The translations under genes were made by a program, and so were the position numbers. A DNA stretch of 64,000 bases from Eledone cirrhosa (Eukaryota). Positions 30,255 to 43,759 of this stretch are shown one piece after another (positions within the stretch are counted from its first letter, which is position 1; every line of letters begins with the position of its first letter). The stretch covers positions 89,962,001-90,026,000 of the forward strand of contig OZ024742.1 in the NCBI GenBank assembly GCA_964016885.1. Direction: 5' to 3'. The notes beneath the pieces are model-generated. The model searched no databases. It was not told the origin of the DNA and saw nothing but the letters and a program-made list of their open reading frames with translations.

Positions 30255-33200
30255 AGTTAAAACTTAGACCGGAACAAAAAGAGAGAGGCAGTACAAATAT
30301 GAGTTTATTACATTCACGCTTTTGGAATTGGGGCGGGGGACGTTTGGGCATAAGCCCTTCATCAGGAGAAAAGTGGGTAGGAAGAGAGTTCCGAGGGTGT
30401 GTGGGGGAGTGATGGAAAGACATTTAGAAAAAAGATTGAGAGAAAGGGGAGGAAAAAGGATTGAAGAAGTACAAATAAAAATTAAAATAAACATAAAAAT
30501 AAACATGAAAATAAACAAGTGGTGGAAGGGTGTGAGGCGTGTAGGGGTGGTGGCGGGTGAAGTTGGGAGAGCGAGGCGGGGGGTCCGAGCGGGGAGAGTT
30601 AAAGGTGGTGTTTGTGTATGTGTGTAGGTGTACGTGTGTGTATGTGTGTGTGTGCGTGTGTATGTGAATGTGAGAGTTGGGGGAAGAATGAGGTTCCATG
30701 TTCAGGAAAGGTGTGTGCGTAGGGTGGGGTGTAAGTCGGTGGCTGCGTGCGTGTGGATGGAGAGGGGTCAGAGGGGTGGGGGACGGGGACGTGTGGATTC
30801 CGGAGGCTGAGTGTGTATATGTGGGGATACGCACGTGTGTGTTTCTGTTTATACGTGGTGTGGATGTAGGTGGCGTGGTTCTAAAAAAAATGTGGGTGTT
30901 TGTTCGTGGGTAAGTCCCTAAGGTAGTTCCGTGGTGTGTGCAATAAGATGTTGGATATTTCTCATGTTATAGAGTGGATAGCTGGAACGATGACCGGTAG
31001 TGTGGAATCCATTAGTGGTGGTGGTCGTAAGTGGAGAGATGTGGGGTGCGCGCGCAACAGGAAGTGGTCAGAGAGTCAAGGCAGGGTGAAGACATAGTAG
31101 TAGACGAGGATGACAGGTGGAGAAATGGTCTGAATGTGGTGAGGACTGTGTGACTGTGTGCGGATGTGCGGTGGACAGAGGAGAGGATGGGTAGGTGTGA
31201 AAGGTGGAGGGGGACAGTGGTGATGTGGGGCGATGAGGTGTATATTAGTAGAGGTGTTAGTAGGATGTGTGTCTGTGAAGGGGTGTAGGTGGAGCAGGGA
31301 GAGGGAGAGGGGGAGAAAAGGTGTTCAGGACGGAGGAGGGATTGTAGAGTACTGGTGTGTGTGTGCGTGTTTGGATGAGTGTGTGTGTGGTAGAAGGGGT
31401 GTTAGTGGGTATTACTGGTAGTGGGGAAAGGGTTGAATGCGGGTGTGTAAGTGGGGGTTTGTGGGGGTTGGTGGTGCAGAGTGCGTGGTGTATGTAGGTG
31501 TGGGTGGGTGGGTGTGTGATGGTGCGTGTTCGTGTGCGTGTGGTCGGGGGTATGTTAGTGATATTAGTTGCGGGGTGGTCGGAGTGGATGTGTGGGTGAG
31601 GGTGAGTGGTGGTAGGATGTGTGGATAATGTGAGTGCGTGTATATATGTACAGGTGGGTGTGTGCGTTTGTGGTGTGTGGGTGCACGTGTTTACGGGGAG
31701 GGGCGTGGATGTTAGTAGTTTTAGTTGGGGGAGCGCCGGGGTGTAGTATGGGGGCGTTAATATTATTAGTTGTGGGTGGGCCAAGAGGGTGGGGCGGTGA
31801 AATGGAGGAGTGTGTGTTAGTGGGGGATGTGTGGGGAGAAGGTGGGCGGTCGAAGGCTAAAGGAATAGGGGTGGAGATTTCAGGCCGTGGTGTGTGTGGG
31901 TCTGTAGTGTGAAGATGGCGTTTTGTTCGACCATGAGGCGGGTGGCGGGTGTTCCATGGCATTGGAATAGGCCACAGACTGTGAGGTGGTGGGCGGAATA
32001 TCCAGGGGAGCCAAAGTGGAGGGCGATGGGGGAACTCCTGCCGAGACGAATATCCCTGAGGTGTTAGTTGAAACGGTCTAGCAGGCGACGTCCAGTCTGT
32101 CCGACGTAGGTTGCGCTGTACTCCGTGCAGCGAAGTACATGGACTAGGTTGGAGGAGGTGCAGCGGAAGGCGTGCCGGACAGAGAGAGAGTGGCCGTTGA
32201 GACCCTGGAAGGTGGTGGTGTTGGTGATGTGGTGGCAGGTGTGGAAGCGAGGCCTGGAGCAGGGAAGGGAACCGGTGGGGGAGCAAGGGTTGGGTGGTAT
32301 GGAGCTGCGGACGAGGAGGGTGCGGAGATTTGGCGCGCGTTTGAAGGTGGGGAGGGGTGGGGATGGGAAGATGGGAGAGGTGGAGGGGTCGGACTGGAGG
32401 CGACGGAAGAGGCGGAGTATGGTACGGTAAGGTGGAGCGGTGGTAGTTGATGGGGAAGGGGAGACGGTTGGTAGGTGTGCCGTGGCGTGTGTGGGGACGG
32501 TGGAGCGGTGGACAGCACGGGCGCGAGTGAGGGCGGTGTGGACGAGGGGGTTAATCTCTCCGGATGAAATGGCTGACTTGGGAAAGGGCCTGGGACTCAA
32601 AGTCAGCATCTCGGCTGCAGAGGCTGCGGATCCGGAGGAGTTGGGAGTCTTTTGTGTGTGCAAGGTGCGAGGAGGTGAAGTCGAGGTAGGAGTGGGAGGA
32701 GGTGGGTTTTTAGAAGGCGGAGGTGACAAGGGAGCGGTGGACGTGGGTGGTGGAGATAGAGGTGGTGAAGTGGAGGGAGGGGTGGAAGGAGCAGAAGAAG
32801 GAGAGACAAGAGTCGAGCTGTTCTCAGGTGAGGGTCGTGGCTCCGATACTGTCGTCGATGTAACGACAGTACAGTTCGGGCGTGGGGCCGGTGTACCGGG
32901 CAAAGGTTGGCATAGTTTCGGCCCATTCTTGTGCCCATGGCTATCCCCGTGACCTGTTGGTAAAACTCACCCGAGAAGGAGAAGCGGTTGAGGGTGAGGA
33001 TCAGCTCGGCGAGGCGAAGGAGGATGGGGGAGGGGTGAAGTTCGAGGTAGTGTCAGAGGGCACGAAGGCCGACGGCGTGGAAATGACAGAATAGAGGGAC
33101 TTGATATCTAGGGTGAAGAGGAGTGGGTGTGGGCCGGGTGTGAAAGTGAGGGAGTCGAACAGGCGAATGGTGTGGTTGGTGTCGGAGATGTAAGAGGGGA

Positions 33201-34100
33201 GGGTGGTGACGAGGGGGCGAGGATGGAGTCAAGAAAGGCGGAATGAGTTCGGCGGGGCAGTTGCAAGCGGAGACGATGGAGCTGCCGGGGTTTGGGGAGG
33301 AAGTAGATAGTGGGGCCGCGGTGGGTGCGGACGATTTGATGGGAAGCGGTGGGAGGGAGGAGGGAGGAGGAGATAACGTGCTGGATGGTGCGGGAAACTT
33401 GTTTTTGGTAGAGGGGTGTGTGGTCGGAGAGTAGAGGGTGGTAGAAGAGTGGGTTACGGAGCTGCCTGAGTGCTTTGGTCGTGTAGAGGTCAGCGCGCCA
33501 CACCACCACAGCGCCTCCCTTGCCCACCGGTTTGATGATGATGATGTCATCTTGGCTACGGAAGGAGCAGAGAGCGCATGATGTTATGTTGTTTGGAACG
33601 GTGGCGGAAGTCGAAGCGATTTACTGCGCTACGGGGCAGGCGTCGACGAACGTATCCAGGCTGCTAAATTGCCCTGGTGCCGGCGTCCAGACGATGGTCA
33701 TCGGTCCAGGGCGAGAAACGGGTCTACGGCGTTCGGAGCCGGTGGGGTTTGATGAAAATGGGCCTGTAGCTTCGTGCGTCGGACGAATCGCTCGACTTCC
33801 GTTCGGGTGCAGAACTCGTGGCTGTGCGGGGTGTGGGATATGAAGCGAAGGCCTCTACTGATGAGTGAACCCTCAGGTACGGAGAGGGGGAGGTCAGGGA
33901 TTATGGTGACAATAAGTGGGGGTGGGGCTGAGTGCGGTTTGAGTGTGATAAGGGGGGGTGGGGAATGAGGGTGTGTGAGAGTGGGTAGGGTGTGAGACGG
34001 GGGATGGGAGTGTGTGGTGGAGGGTGTTGGGGAGGGTTCGATGGGGGTCACGGGGATGGGTGAGGGGTGGTGGAACGTGGTGGTGGGGAGGAGTGAGTTA
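30255..34100 (-). mobile_element. Near-complete GC-rich Penelope-like element, frameshifted and internally deleted
   Basis: IIIKPVGKGGAVVVW, TLDIKSLYS, AMGTRMGRNYANL, FKRAPNLRTLLVRS, CSRPRFHTC, CTSSNLVHVLRC..YVGQTGRRL. pLTR with ctgatgaagggcttatgcccaaacgtc at ~30338-30368. Confidence 0.88.
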
Positions 34101-34941
34101 GCTTAAGATATATATACCTTCATAGCGGCGGTGGTAGGGTGGCTGAACTTCCCTGTAGAACAAAGGGGAGGGAGTAAGGTGATATTCTGTCCTCTGGATG
34201 CCAGGCCGGTCATGCGTAGAGAGAAATCTTTACAGCTATTTCTAAAGGGGGTAAGAACATAAGAGAAACAAGGCATATTATAGAGTGAATATTAGTATGG
34301 CAAGTCTAACAATTGGCTAACAGGCAGAGCAAATATAATTTAATACTAATTAAATTTCTAATTCATAAAATTAAGTTGTTAGTTACTCTAAAGCACTAGA
34401 ACGGCACCTCAATGTAGTAATTTATCAATATTATCTTCCATAATGATACCCACCAACCCCATAAAAACCATGGCTGTGTGTTCGGCCGGTACTATGTATA
34501 TTTAACAAGAGTGAAATTATTTGGGTTAACCTAAGGAAGAAGGAAAACTGAATATAGTAGTGTAGATATGCAATGATCCACCTAAGTATGATAAGAGTGT
34601 GTAACTAAGGAAGAAAAAAAAAGAAGAAAAAAAGAAAAAATTAGAAAAAGATTTTATTACTTCTTTTCAATTTCTTTTGCAAATTTAAAGAAGGCCTTAT
34701 GATTGTTTTAGTATTTTCTGTGGCCCTGATTTCTCGCTCTGCCCTCTCCTTCTCCTTGGAAAATTTGAGAGCAGTTTCAATGTCAGGTAGGATTCCATCT
34801 TGTTTGCTTTTTTTGTTATTTTTTTTGTGCATTCAGCTGGTTTGAGAGTTAAGTCCCTCGTCTCATAAGGACTTTCCTGTCTCTTGAAATAAGACTTTCT
34901 GTGTCCGTTGGCCTTTTTCTCCGGGACAAACTTATGGCGTA

Positions 34942-35018
<77 letters not shown>

Positions 35019-35050
35019 TATATATACATATATATATATATATATTTATA

Positions 35051-35091
<41 letters not shown>

Positions 35092-35178
35092 TATGTACAT
35101 ATATATATATATATTTATATATATATATAATTACATGTACATATATAAAGTTATATATATGTATATATATATATAAAT

Positions 35179-35308
<130 letters not shown>

Positions 35309-35335
35309 TATATATATATATTTAATATAGAAAAC

Positions 35336-35430
35336 GCTTCTACAGGACTACAGAACTGTTTCATTCGGGAGAAATCATTAGGAAGCCTGATGATTTCTCC
35401 TGAATTAAACAGTTCTAGTCCTGTAGAAGC
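35336..35430. repeat. 95-bp palindrome of two divergent decayed hammerhead motifs
   Basis: cctgatgatttctcctgaattaaacagttctagtcctgtagaagc and its mirror. Related copy at ~16505-16550. Confidence 0.6.
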
Positions 35431-35489
35431 CTTTACTATATTAAATATTTATTCTTACTGTAGTTACCCCCGATTGAACACGGGAGAAA

Positions 35490-35565
<76 letters not shown>

Positions 35566-35615
35566 TGTATGTATGTATGTATGTATGTATGTATGTATGT
35601 ATGTATGTATGTATG

Positions 35616-35710
<95 letters not shown>

Positions 35711-35889
35711 CAATACAGAGAAATACGGAATACATCGGCCTCGGGATGGTGCCTACATTTTGTGCTTATAAAAAAAATTCGTCGTAGATTACCAGGAGTT
35801 TTTTGCGTGTGAAGAAAATCAATACTTTATCGCGAAATTAATACTTTTGTTTATATTTTGTTATTGTGTGTGCAAAAATATCTGTACAC

Positions 35890-35973
<84 letters not shown>

Positions 35974-36267
35974 TTAGTTATACTATTTATGGTTATGTAA
36001 ATACAAAACCTTATGCAGTTATAAGTATTTTACACACACCCTAAATAGCGTACTGCCACTCTAAATTCTGCAATGAATGTTGACCCACAATGTTTGAATA
36101 TATGTATCAATGTTTGAATATGTATAGGTATGTCTCTCGGCTGAAAAGGAGGTCATATAACTGTCCATACATTAATAAATTGCTCCGAAGAATCCAAACC
36201 TCGGTTTGGAGGAAGCAGCTGTAAGCACAATAATGTTTTGAACAGTTCTTTGATTCTTATATTTCAT

Positions 36268-36301
<34 letters not shown>

Positions 36302-36394
36302 GGAGGTGAGTTTTATTGTAGTACAATAAAGCAATGCAGATATCGGATATGAAGCACTCTACAGTTTGTAGGACTGGAGTATACATAATATATA

Positions 36395-37102
36395 AGAACA
36401 AATGATGGTTAAAAGAGTTCCATGTATTGTATTATGCGCATTTCAAAAACAAATATCATCATGCAATAATATTTGTGTTTTCATCAGATAAAACAGGAAG
36501 ACATGATATGAAGGTTAAAAAAACACTTGTGGATAGTGCAGTTTTAAATCAACATATGAAAAGTAGTTTTAGATTGATGTGTGATATTGGGAAAAAAATA
36601 TTTTATTTTGAGGGGGGGGTGGGAGGAGGAAAAAGAGGAGGAGATGAGAGTAAAAAGTGGAGAGGGAGGAGTATAATGAGGAAGGATGAGATAGGCGGAG
36701 AGATGGGTGATAGAGAGAGAGAGATAGCTTTTATAACTATATGTAAAACAATATATTTTTCTCAGTTATAAAAGCTATCTCTCTCTATCACCCATCTCTC
36801 CGCCTATCTCATCCTTCCTCATTATACTCCTCCCTCTCCACTTTTTACTCTCATCTCCTCCTCTTTTTCATCCTCCCCCCCCCCTCAAAATAAAATATTT
36901 TTTCCCAATATCACACATCAATCTAAAACTACTTTTCATATGTTGATTTAAAACTTCACTATCCACAAGTGTTTTTTTAACCTTCATATCATGTCTTCCT
37001 GTTTTATCTGATGAAAACACAAATATTATTGCATGATGATATTTGTTTTTGAAATGCGCATAATAAAATACATGGAACTCTTTTAACCATCTTTTGTTCT
37101 TA
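36395..37102. mobile_element. ~700-bp fold-back of a PLE pLTR (family of 57850-58215)
   Basis: Arms ~36395-36735 and ~36765-37102 are reverse complements, with an HHR in each arm. Confidence 0.85.
37002..37068 (+). ncRNA. Type I hammerhead ribozyme with ~16-bp stem II
   Basis: ttttat-CTGATGA-aaacacaaatattatt(gcat)gatgatatttgttttt-GAAA-tgcgcata^ataaaa. Mirror copy at 36427-36493 (-). Confidence 0.85.
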
Positions 37103-37132
37103 AATCTGTTATTTTAATATATATAATATATA

Positions 37133-38493
37133 AGTTTAAGTAAAGAATCGCTGCTTTCACCCTTAACGGGATCTTCTGAAACTAAAATAAAAAATCGGCC
37201 GTTCGATGATTGGTTCGTTGTTTGTTTGTTTCAAGTGCTCTTCTGGTGCAGTACGTTCTGCATCTTGCGACAGTCAAATAGCAGATTCCACTGACGATTC
37301 ATTTGCCCGCCTCATTCTTTCTCTTGCCACTATCGCAGTATTTCGGCCAATGGAGTATCTCTTCCTTTGAGGCATGATCTAAAAGCAGTATGACGTACAC
37401 TAAGACTAACTGGTAGAGTAAGGAGTAAGCTCGTCAGTGATGCATGTGATATCCGAACCGTTGGCTTAAAGTTTAAGCAAAGAATCGTTGCTTTCACTCT
37501 TAACGGGATCTTCTACCTAAAAGCAGTATGAAATACACTAAGACTAACTGTTGTAATCGTATGCAAATGTTGGCCTTGTTTGTTTATATATTTTTTTGTG
37601 TATGCAAAAATATCTGTCAGTGATGCATGTGATTATGTAATCGCCGGCGTTGTTTCTTCATATTTTGTTCTTGTGTATGCATCGTATGTAATCGTTGGCC
37701 TTGATTGTTTATATTTTGTTTTTGTGTATGCAAAAAAAAATGTATATATTAAAATAACAGATTAAAGTTTAAGCAAGAATCGCTGCTTTCCCCCTTAACG
37801 GGATCTTCTGAAACTAAAAAAAATCAATCTGTGAACGCAGATGTAAATATTTCGAAAAACGATGCAAACGAAGGAAAACAGGAAGACGATACCTTGGTTC
37901 GTGAAGACGTCCCCTGACATAAAAAAAAATATATATATATATATACACACACAAACTATATATATACATATACACACACACATACTGATTGCGTCATATG
38001 ATGTAATGTAGACAGCCAGGCATACAGACATATATTATAAGGGTGCAACGTTATATCTATGTATCTATCTTAAACGAGAAAGACTAAGAGTTATATAGAG
38101 AGATCGCTAAATCGCCTAATGCGATCCCTATGGCATTCAAAAGACTAAATATATATAAACCCGTAGAGCAAATATTTATTATAAGAAGAGATTAATGTTT
38201 AAGCAAAGAATCGCCGCTTTCCCCCTTAACGGGATCTTCTGAAACTAAAATAAATCAATGTGTGGACGCGGAAGTAAATATTTCGAAAAACGTTACAACC
38301 AAAGGAAAACAGGAAAACGATACTTTGGTTTGTGATGATGTTCCCTGGCAATGAACGGAAAACAGCGAGGATAATTACGTCGTTATGTGGAGCGTTGAGA
38401 ACAATTTCACTCAAAGATGAAAACACTTTTATGGTATAAATGGTGTCATTAGTCTAACGAGCAGAAAAACTGCACCGGGCTGCTGTCTGCTAG
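37133..38493 (+). repeat. Four dispersed copies of a ~55-bp motif, the last within a possible non-autonomous Helitron-like unit ending CTAG|T
   Basis: aagtttaagcaaagaatcgctgctttc.cccttaacgggatcttc at ~37133, ~37469, ~37765 and ~38195. ctgctagt at ~38487-38494. Confidence 0.5.
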
Positions 38494-38589
38494 TATATGT
38501 AGTGTGCATATTGGTATTATACGCAAATATATATGCATATATATATATATATATTTAAATTGAAAAGTAAATGAAAATATCTTCTTCGC

Positions 38590-39300
38590 CCACTTATTTC
38601 TGAGAGTGTTGTGAGGTTAGAGTCCTTCTCAAACAATCCTTCCAGCGAGCCTGTCAGAAACAAACATCTCTAACTGATCCAGCTGGATCCCAAATCGTGA
38701 GCAGCCAAACTCATGGATGTTGTCCAACTATGTTGCTCAGAGTCTACCTCTGGGTCTCTTGCCGGTTGGTTTTGCCTGTAAAATCTGTCCAGCGATTCTT
38801 TACTGAGACATTCTAACCCCATGCTCATAATATCGAAGTTGTGATCTCACAATTCGGAGAAGTAGCGGCTCTACCAGGAGTGAATCTCTGGTCTCTGAGC
38901 TATGCACTTTATCGAGTAATGCACTGAGCTATCGAGTAATGCACTGGGCTATGCACTTTATCGAGTAACGTTACTCCAAAGATCCTTCGGAGGAAACCCG
39001 TTTCTGTCGTTTTTATTTGCAATTGTATTTTTTGATCATTACCCAAGATTCATGATCCTCAGTAAGAGTTGCTAGGAATACCAGGAAGACAGCGAATTTG
39101 ACTTTTTAAACCTACCCCCTTCTTCTGATTGCTGAATGCTGAGGCTGGCACATTACTGCATCAGCTTTTGCAATTCTTGCACTTAATTCAGCCTCTTGCA
39201 TTCCATCACTCATGAACACGGCCTCCAGATACTTGAACTTCTGAAACTGCTTCAGTAGAATTCCATTCACATGTATATAAATTTGAGGGACTTCTGTCCA
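38590..39300 (-). mobile_element. RTE-clade LINE 3' fragment, decayed
   Basis: KFKYLEAVFMSDGMQEAELSARIAKADAVM and C-terminal PTGKRPRGR. Confidence 0.7.
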
Positions 39301-39509
39301 ACCGTCTGTCACACAATGCGTATGTATGTGATTGTGTGAATGCATATATTTTTGTGTGAATGTATGTGTGTGTAAAAGGAAGGAAAGGGATACACACATA
39401 TTTATGTCTCTAACTTAAAAACGGTGACACACACACACACACACACATAAGTCTCTAATTTAAGAACGGCGATTAACACACGCGCGATCACATACACACA
39501 CTGTCTTAT

Positions 39510-39935
39510 TAACACTTAAGAGCTTTGGCACGGGCAAACATCCCATCAAGTTTGGAACCGTCTGGGTTGTACAGAATTGATGGTAAAAGACTTGACCGTC
39601 TACTCTGTGCTCCTGGTCAAGAGGCAGATGCCTTATCTGGGACGTCACAGTTAGTGACTCTTTTGCTTCTTCCCACATCCTGAATGCAATGGTAAGGATG
39701 AGAGCTACAGCATCTGCAGCTGAACGGAACAAAATCCTAAAATACCGTGTTCTGTCAGCTAATTATCCATCTTGTGGCGTTCGAGGCGTTTGGGGATGTC
39801 GGGCTACTGACACAAGGTTCTTATCTTCACTGTCGGCTTGTAAATCAGAGGTAACTGGTGATACTCGTGAGGGCACTTGGTTGTTCCAGCACCTCAGCTT
39901 CGCCATCACCCCAGGTAACGCTGCGAGCAAAAGTT
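39510..39935 (+). mobile_element. Restriction-like endonuclease C-terminus of a CRE-type non-LTR retrotransposon, decayed
   Basis: By-eye translation: RALARANIPSSLEPSGLYRIDGKRLD..PWSRGRCLIWDVTVSDSFA..AAERNKILKY..WLFQHLSFAITPGNAAS. Confidence 0.72.
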
Positions 39936-40339
39936 ATACTTCATTTTGCTCTGGAACGCTGCTATCATGAGTGTGTGACTGTATGTGTGTGTTTGTGTAA
40001 ATGTATATGTGTGAATACGTCCTTGAGCGTGTATTTTTGTAAGTTTGTATTTGTGCGATTATATACTCATACATATAGATGTATGTATATGCACATACAG
40101 ACATGCACACACATGCGTCAGCGTATTGAAAAAAGTCGTAATCTCTTCATCTATCTCTTTCACTCATTCTCTCTCTCAAATTATTTATATTTAATCAAGA
40201 GTTACGAAATTTAGTACATAAATTATGTAATATTCATTCATTATTAATTCAAAGTAATCCAACTTATTTCATTAACTGGATTAAAAGAAAGAAATCGGAT
40301 GCTGTCCCGCACTTCTCCCTTTATTATAGTATAGATGTA

Positions 40340-41665
40340 CTATTTAGAATAAACGAATGATTCTCAGCTCTGGAGTTTAAGAATGATGTCATATTCCACG
40401 CTAGGAAGACCGCCTTGCTCTTTGAAAACACCACTTGGTTAAAGAGAGCTCCAGACTCTCATTTCGACGTCAGTATGGGCTCGACTGACTCGGTCATGGT
40501 GACCGACCTTATAGGACTATACATACTCCATAAACACATCGAAAAGTTTCGTCTGTATCGAGATTACGGGCTTCTTACCCTCACAGGGTACAACCCCTGT
40601 AGCACGGCCCGGGTTCGTAAACACCACATAGAATTATTCTGGGATTTGGGTTTCAAAATCAGCCTACAGTCGTCCCTTACCCGCGTCAATTTTCTGGATG
40701 TTACATACAACGTGGAGAATCATTTGTACTACCCACATAGGAAACCTAATGCGAATTTACACTCTATCCAGCGCAGTTCGAACCATCCAAGGCACATTAC
40801 CAATGACTTAGTAAAAAAAATCTCCCTCCGCATATCTCGCTTGTCCGTAAGCGAGCAGATCTTCAACGAACACGTGCCATATTACAACTAGGCCTTCAAA
40901 AGAAGCGGATTCCTATTATCCAGGCCCTTCTAGTGGATCCAGCAGGTGACGCCACCACTCACGCCACGTAACGTGGTTCAACCCTCACCACAATGCCGAG
41001 GGTGCAACACCAATTGGGAAGATCTTCTTCAGACTTCTCGATAAACAATTCTCACCCAACACCACTACCACAATATCATCAACAAAAACACTGTTAAACT
41101 TTCCTACAGCACTACACCCAACTTTGCACAAAACATTTCTTCATCTAACAATAAAAAAATTCCTCTCTAGCAGAATAAATAACAACGATATAAGGAGTGA
41201 TCAAACTAGGAGGTGTAAGTGTCCGGATCGTGCCGCCATCGTGTCCCCACAACAATAGATACCAAGGACAAAACGTGGTCTACCAGTGCAATATGAGGAC
41301 GGAAAACTCTAACAGGCCTACATCGGATTAACCGCCTCCGATTTTAAGACCCGGTATTATTAACACCTACACCAACACACATTTAGAAACCAGGCCCGGC
41401 GATACGCGGCAGCACTTTCTGGCCATATATTGTACCCCCAAAACAACAATATTACCTACCATCTAAGTTGGAACATACTTTCCAAGACAAAATCTTACTC
41501 GGGTGGACGCCGTCCGTGCATTCTATGCTCGGAGAAAACAATTCAGATGCTGTTTGCAAAGGCCCGACATTTAAACAAAAATGATGAACTCGTTCCCTCG
41601 TGTAAATACAGAATACATAGGACATATCGTATCTTCAAACCCCCTCACGACCCAGGTGGGTAGAC
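40340..41665 (+). mobile_element. Penelope-like element RT + GIY-YIG remnant
   Basis: FDVSMGSTDS..DLIGLYIL, LYRDYGL (decayed YRDD), VNFLDVTY, SNHPRHI, then YIGLTASDFKTRY and CILCSEK. Confidence 0.85.
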
Positions 41666-41716
41666 CTCGGTTGTATCTCCTTCCTAATTATAAAGTAAGT
41701 ATGTATATATATATAT

Positions 41717-42015
41717 ACGAAACCATGGCAGAGGCAACTAAATATGTTCACTTTTCTACTAGTTTATTTTACACCTAATTCTGTTTAGTTGACTGTATAT
41801 CTGGTCGATTTATACACGCTGTCGAAATACTCGATAAATACTCCGTCGCAACCACCGCGAAGGGCTGCTTTCAGTTATTTGTCGGATATTTCTTCATAGA
41901 AGCCTTTATTCTTATAGCTTGGTCTAATCGATTTTTTATATGGTTAATTATGCTAATTGGGAGAGGAAACGGTATATATTTTATCTGGTGATTCTATAGA
42001 CATGTTTTATGATAT
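41717..42015 (+). mobile_element. Truncated family G retrozyme-like unit
   Basis: Similar to 50585-50878. Starts at cgaaaccatggc (HHR 3' half) and ends at catgttttatgatatata into (TA)n. Confidence 0.7.
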
Positions 42016-42091
42016 ATATATATGTATATATACAGTTTTATGTATGTATATGTATATAATTGTATATATGCATATATATATATATAATTTA

Positions 42092-42127
<36 letters not shown>

Positions 42128-42131
<4 letters not shown>

Positions 42132-42775
42132 TAAGTATACGTACATACATATATGTATACAGACGCACAGTAGTATGATTATATATACATACATGCACAC
42201 ATATATATATGTACGTATGGATTTACCGAACATTTATTATAATGCTCGGTTTGTTTGTAAACAAACAAACATCCCGAATTAAGCCGTACAGTGTTTAGCA
42301 ACCATCGTTGCCCTTTCGTTCAACACTGACAAAGGAACGATGTACTAGTTTCAAGCTTATTAGCTATCGTCAGCATCGTATACCTTCCTGCCAGATGATT
42401 GAACGTCTGAATGTTCATATTTTCCTTATGCATATTAACGGCTGAGCAGCCTAATTTGCATATCGAGTGAGTTAATTGGCCGGGTGCACCGAAAACGATA
42501 AATGGTAAAAATGAAACGAAATTTCATTTCTCACTCTTAATACGGCTGTTACTTACATATAAGTATGAATACGTACATACTTATATGTATACAGACGTAC
42601 AGTAGTATGTATATATATACATACATGCACACATATATATATGTAAGATGGATTTACCGAATATTTATTATAATGCTCGGTTTGTTTGTAAACAAACAAA
42701 CATCCCGAATTAAGCCGTACAGTGTTTAGTAACAGCCGTACTAAGAGTGTGAAATGAAATTTCGTTTCATTTTTT

Positions 42776-42780
<5 letters not shown>
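42128..42780. mobile_element. Retrozyme-like family B, ~1.4 tandem units plus short terminal inversion
   Basis: Period ~431 bp (gccgtacagtgtttag at 42283 and 42714). Inversion at ~42728. Confidence 0.8.
42337..42379 (-). ncRNA. Type I hammerhead ribozyme, family B (perfect)
   Basis: acgatg-CTGACGA-tagctaataagctt-GAAA-ctagta^catcgt. 6-bp stem I, GUA triplet. Confidence 0.88.
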
Positions 42781-42830
<50 letters not shown>

Positions 42831-42833
<3 letters not shown>

Positions 42834-43375
42834 CGTCCGAAACGTTAAGACCCTCTTCCTGCTCTATCAAGCGTTAACCTAATATATACCTTCCATATAC
42901 TGTACCGATTGTGTTGTTAATTTTGTATCAACGACTACGTGGACCTCTCAAAATTCGCTGGATTTTCTGATTGGACTTTCACCTCGAAACTGGATACCAA
43001 CTAGGAGTACACGTGAACTTCCACCAGAAAATCTTTCGTATCTTTGAAATTTTCTTTGCTTCTTGCATTTAAATATTCCACGACTCTCTACCACTTTTCC
43101 TTTACTACATTCTTCTCAGCAGTCTATTTTTCACTCCCACCCAAGTACCTTCGATATCCCGAATCTCAAATCTTTTCTATTTGTATCTAAAGACATTGTT
43201 TCTAATTCCATCCCGCCCGACCCCTTAATCTATTTTATTTCTCATTCTTTCTTCTGATGAAGGACTAGCGTCCGAAACGTTAAGCCCTTCTTCCTGCTAT
43301 ATCAAGCGTTAACCTAATATATACCTTCCTTATACTGTACAGACTGCGTTGTTATTTCTGTTTACCTTTTACACA
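42831..43375 (+). mobile_element. Partial tandem pLTR-like repeat with minimal hammerhead
   Basis: tagcgtccgaaacgttaag..ctgtac is repeated at 42831 and 43266. Confidence 0.7.
43251..43284 (+). ncRNA. Minimal hammerhead ribozyme
   Basis: ctt-CTGATGA-aggactagcgtcc-GAAA-cgtt^aag with palindromic ACGT stem III. Copy at 59377-59410 (-). Confidence 0.8.
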
Positions 43376-43376
43376 T

Positions 43377-43409
<33 letters not shown>

Positions 43410-43559
43410 AGAACGTAGATTTTACATGTGGCCGGTGCTCAGGTGCAATAGGTAGCAAGTGCCCACAGCTTATTAGCTCCTTCTATTGCCCAGATAGTTC
43501 TATATAGAAATAGTGGACACCTTCCGTTACCTGGGTGACAAAATGAACAATATATGTTT

Positions 43560-43715
43560 TCTGAAAGTACAGTAGCCAGAGTCAGAATGGGATGGAAAAA
43601 GTTCAGAGAGCTTATACCACGATTGGCCACTACAGATTTCTCTCTACAAATGAAAGGCAGACTGTATGATGCCTGCATACGAACAGCAATGTTACATGGC
43701 TGTGAATCATAGGCA
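43560..43715 (+). mobile_element. RTE-clade LINE fragment
   Basis: VARVRMGWKKFRELIP..KGRLYDACIRTAMLHGCE. Confidence 0.7.
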
Positions 43716-43759
43716 TTGTGTTCGCTACTGCTGCACTTAGGTTACCTTCGTAACGTGCT

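Noticed and set aside
31233-33968. Multiple Pro/Thr/His- or Gly/Val-rich overlapping ORFs
   Set aside because: They are alternate frames and antisense of a C-rich decayed Penelope element.
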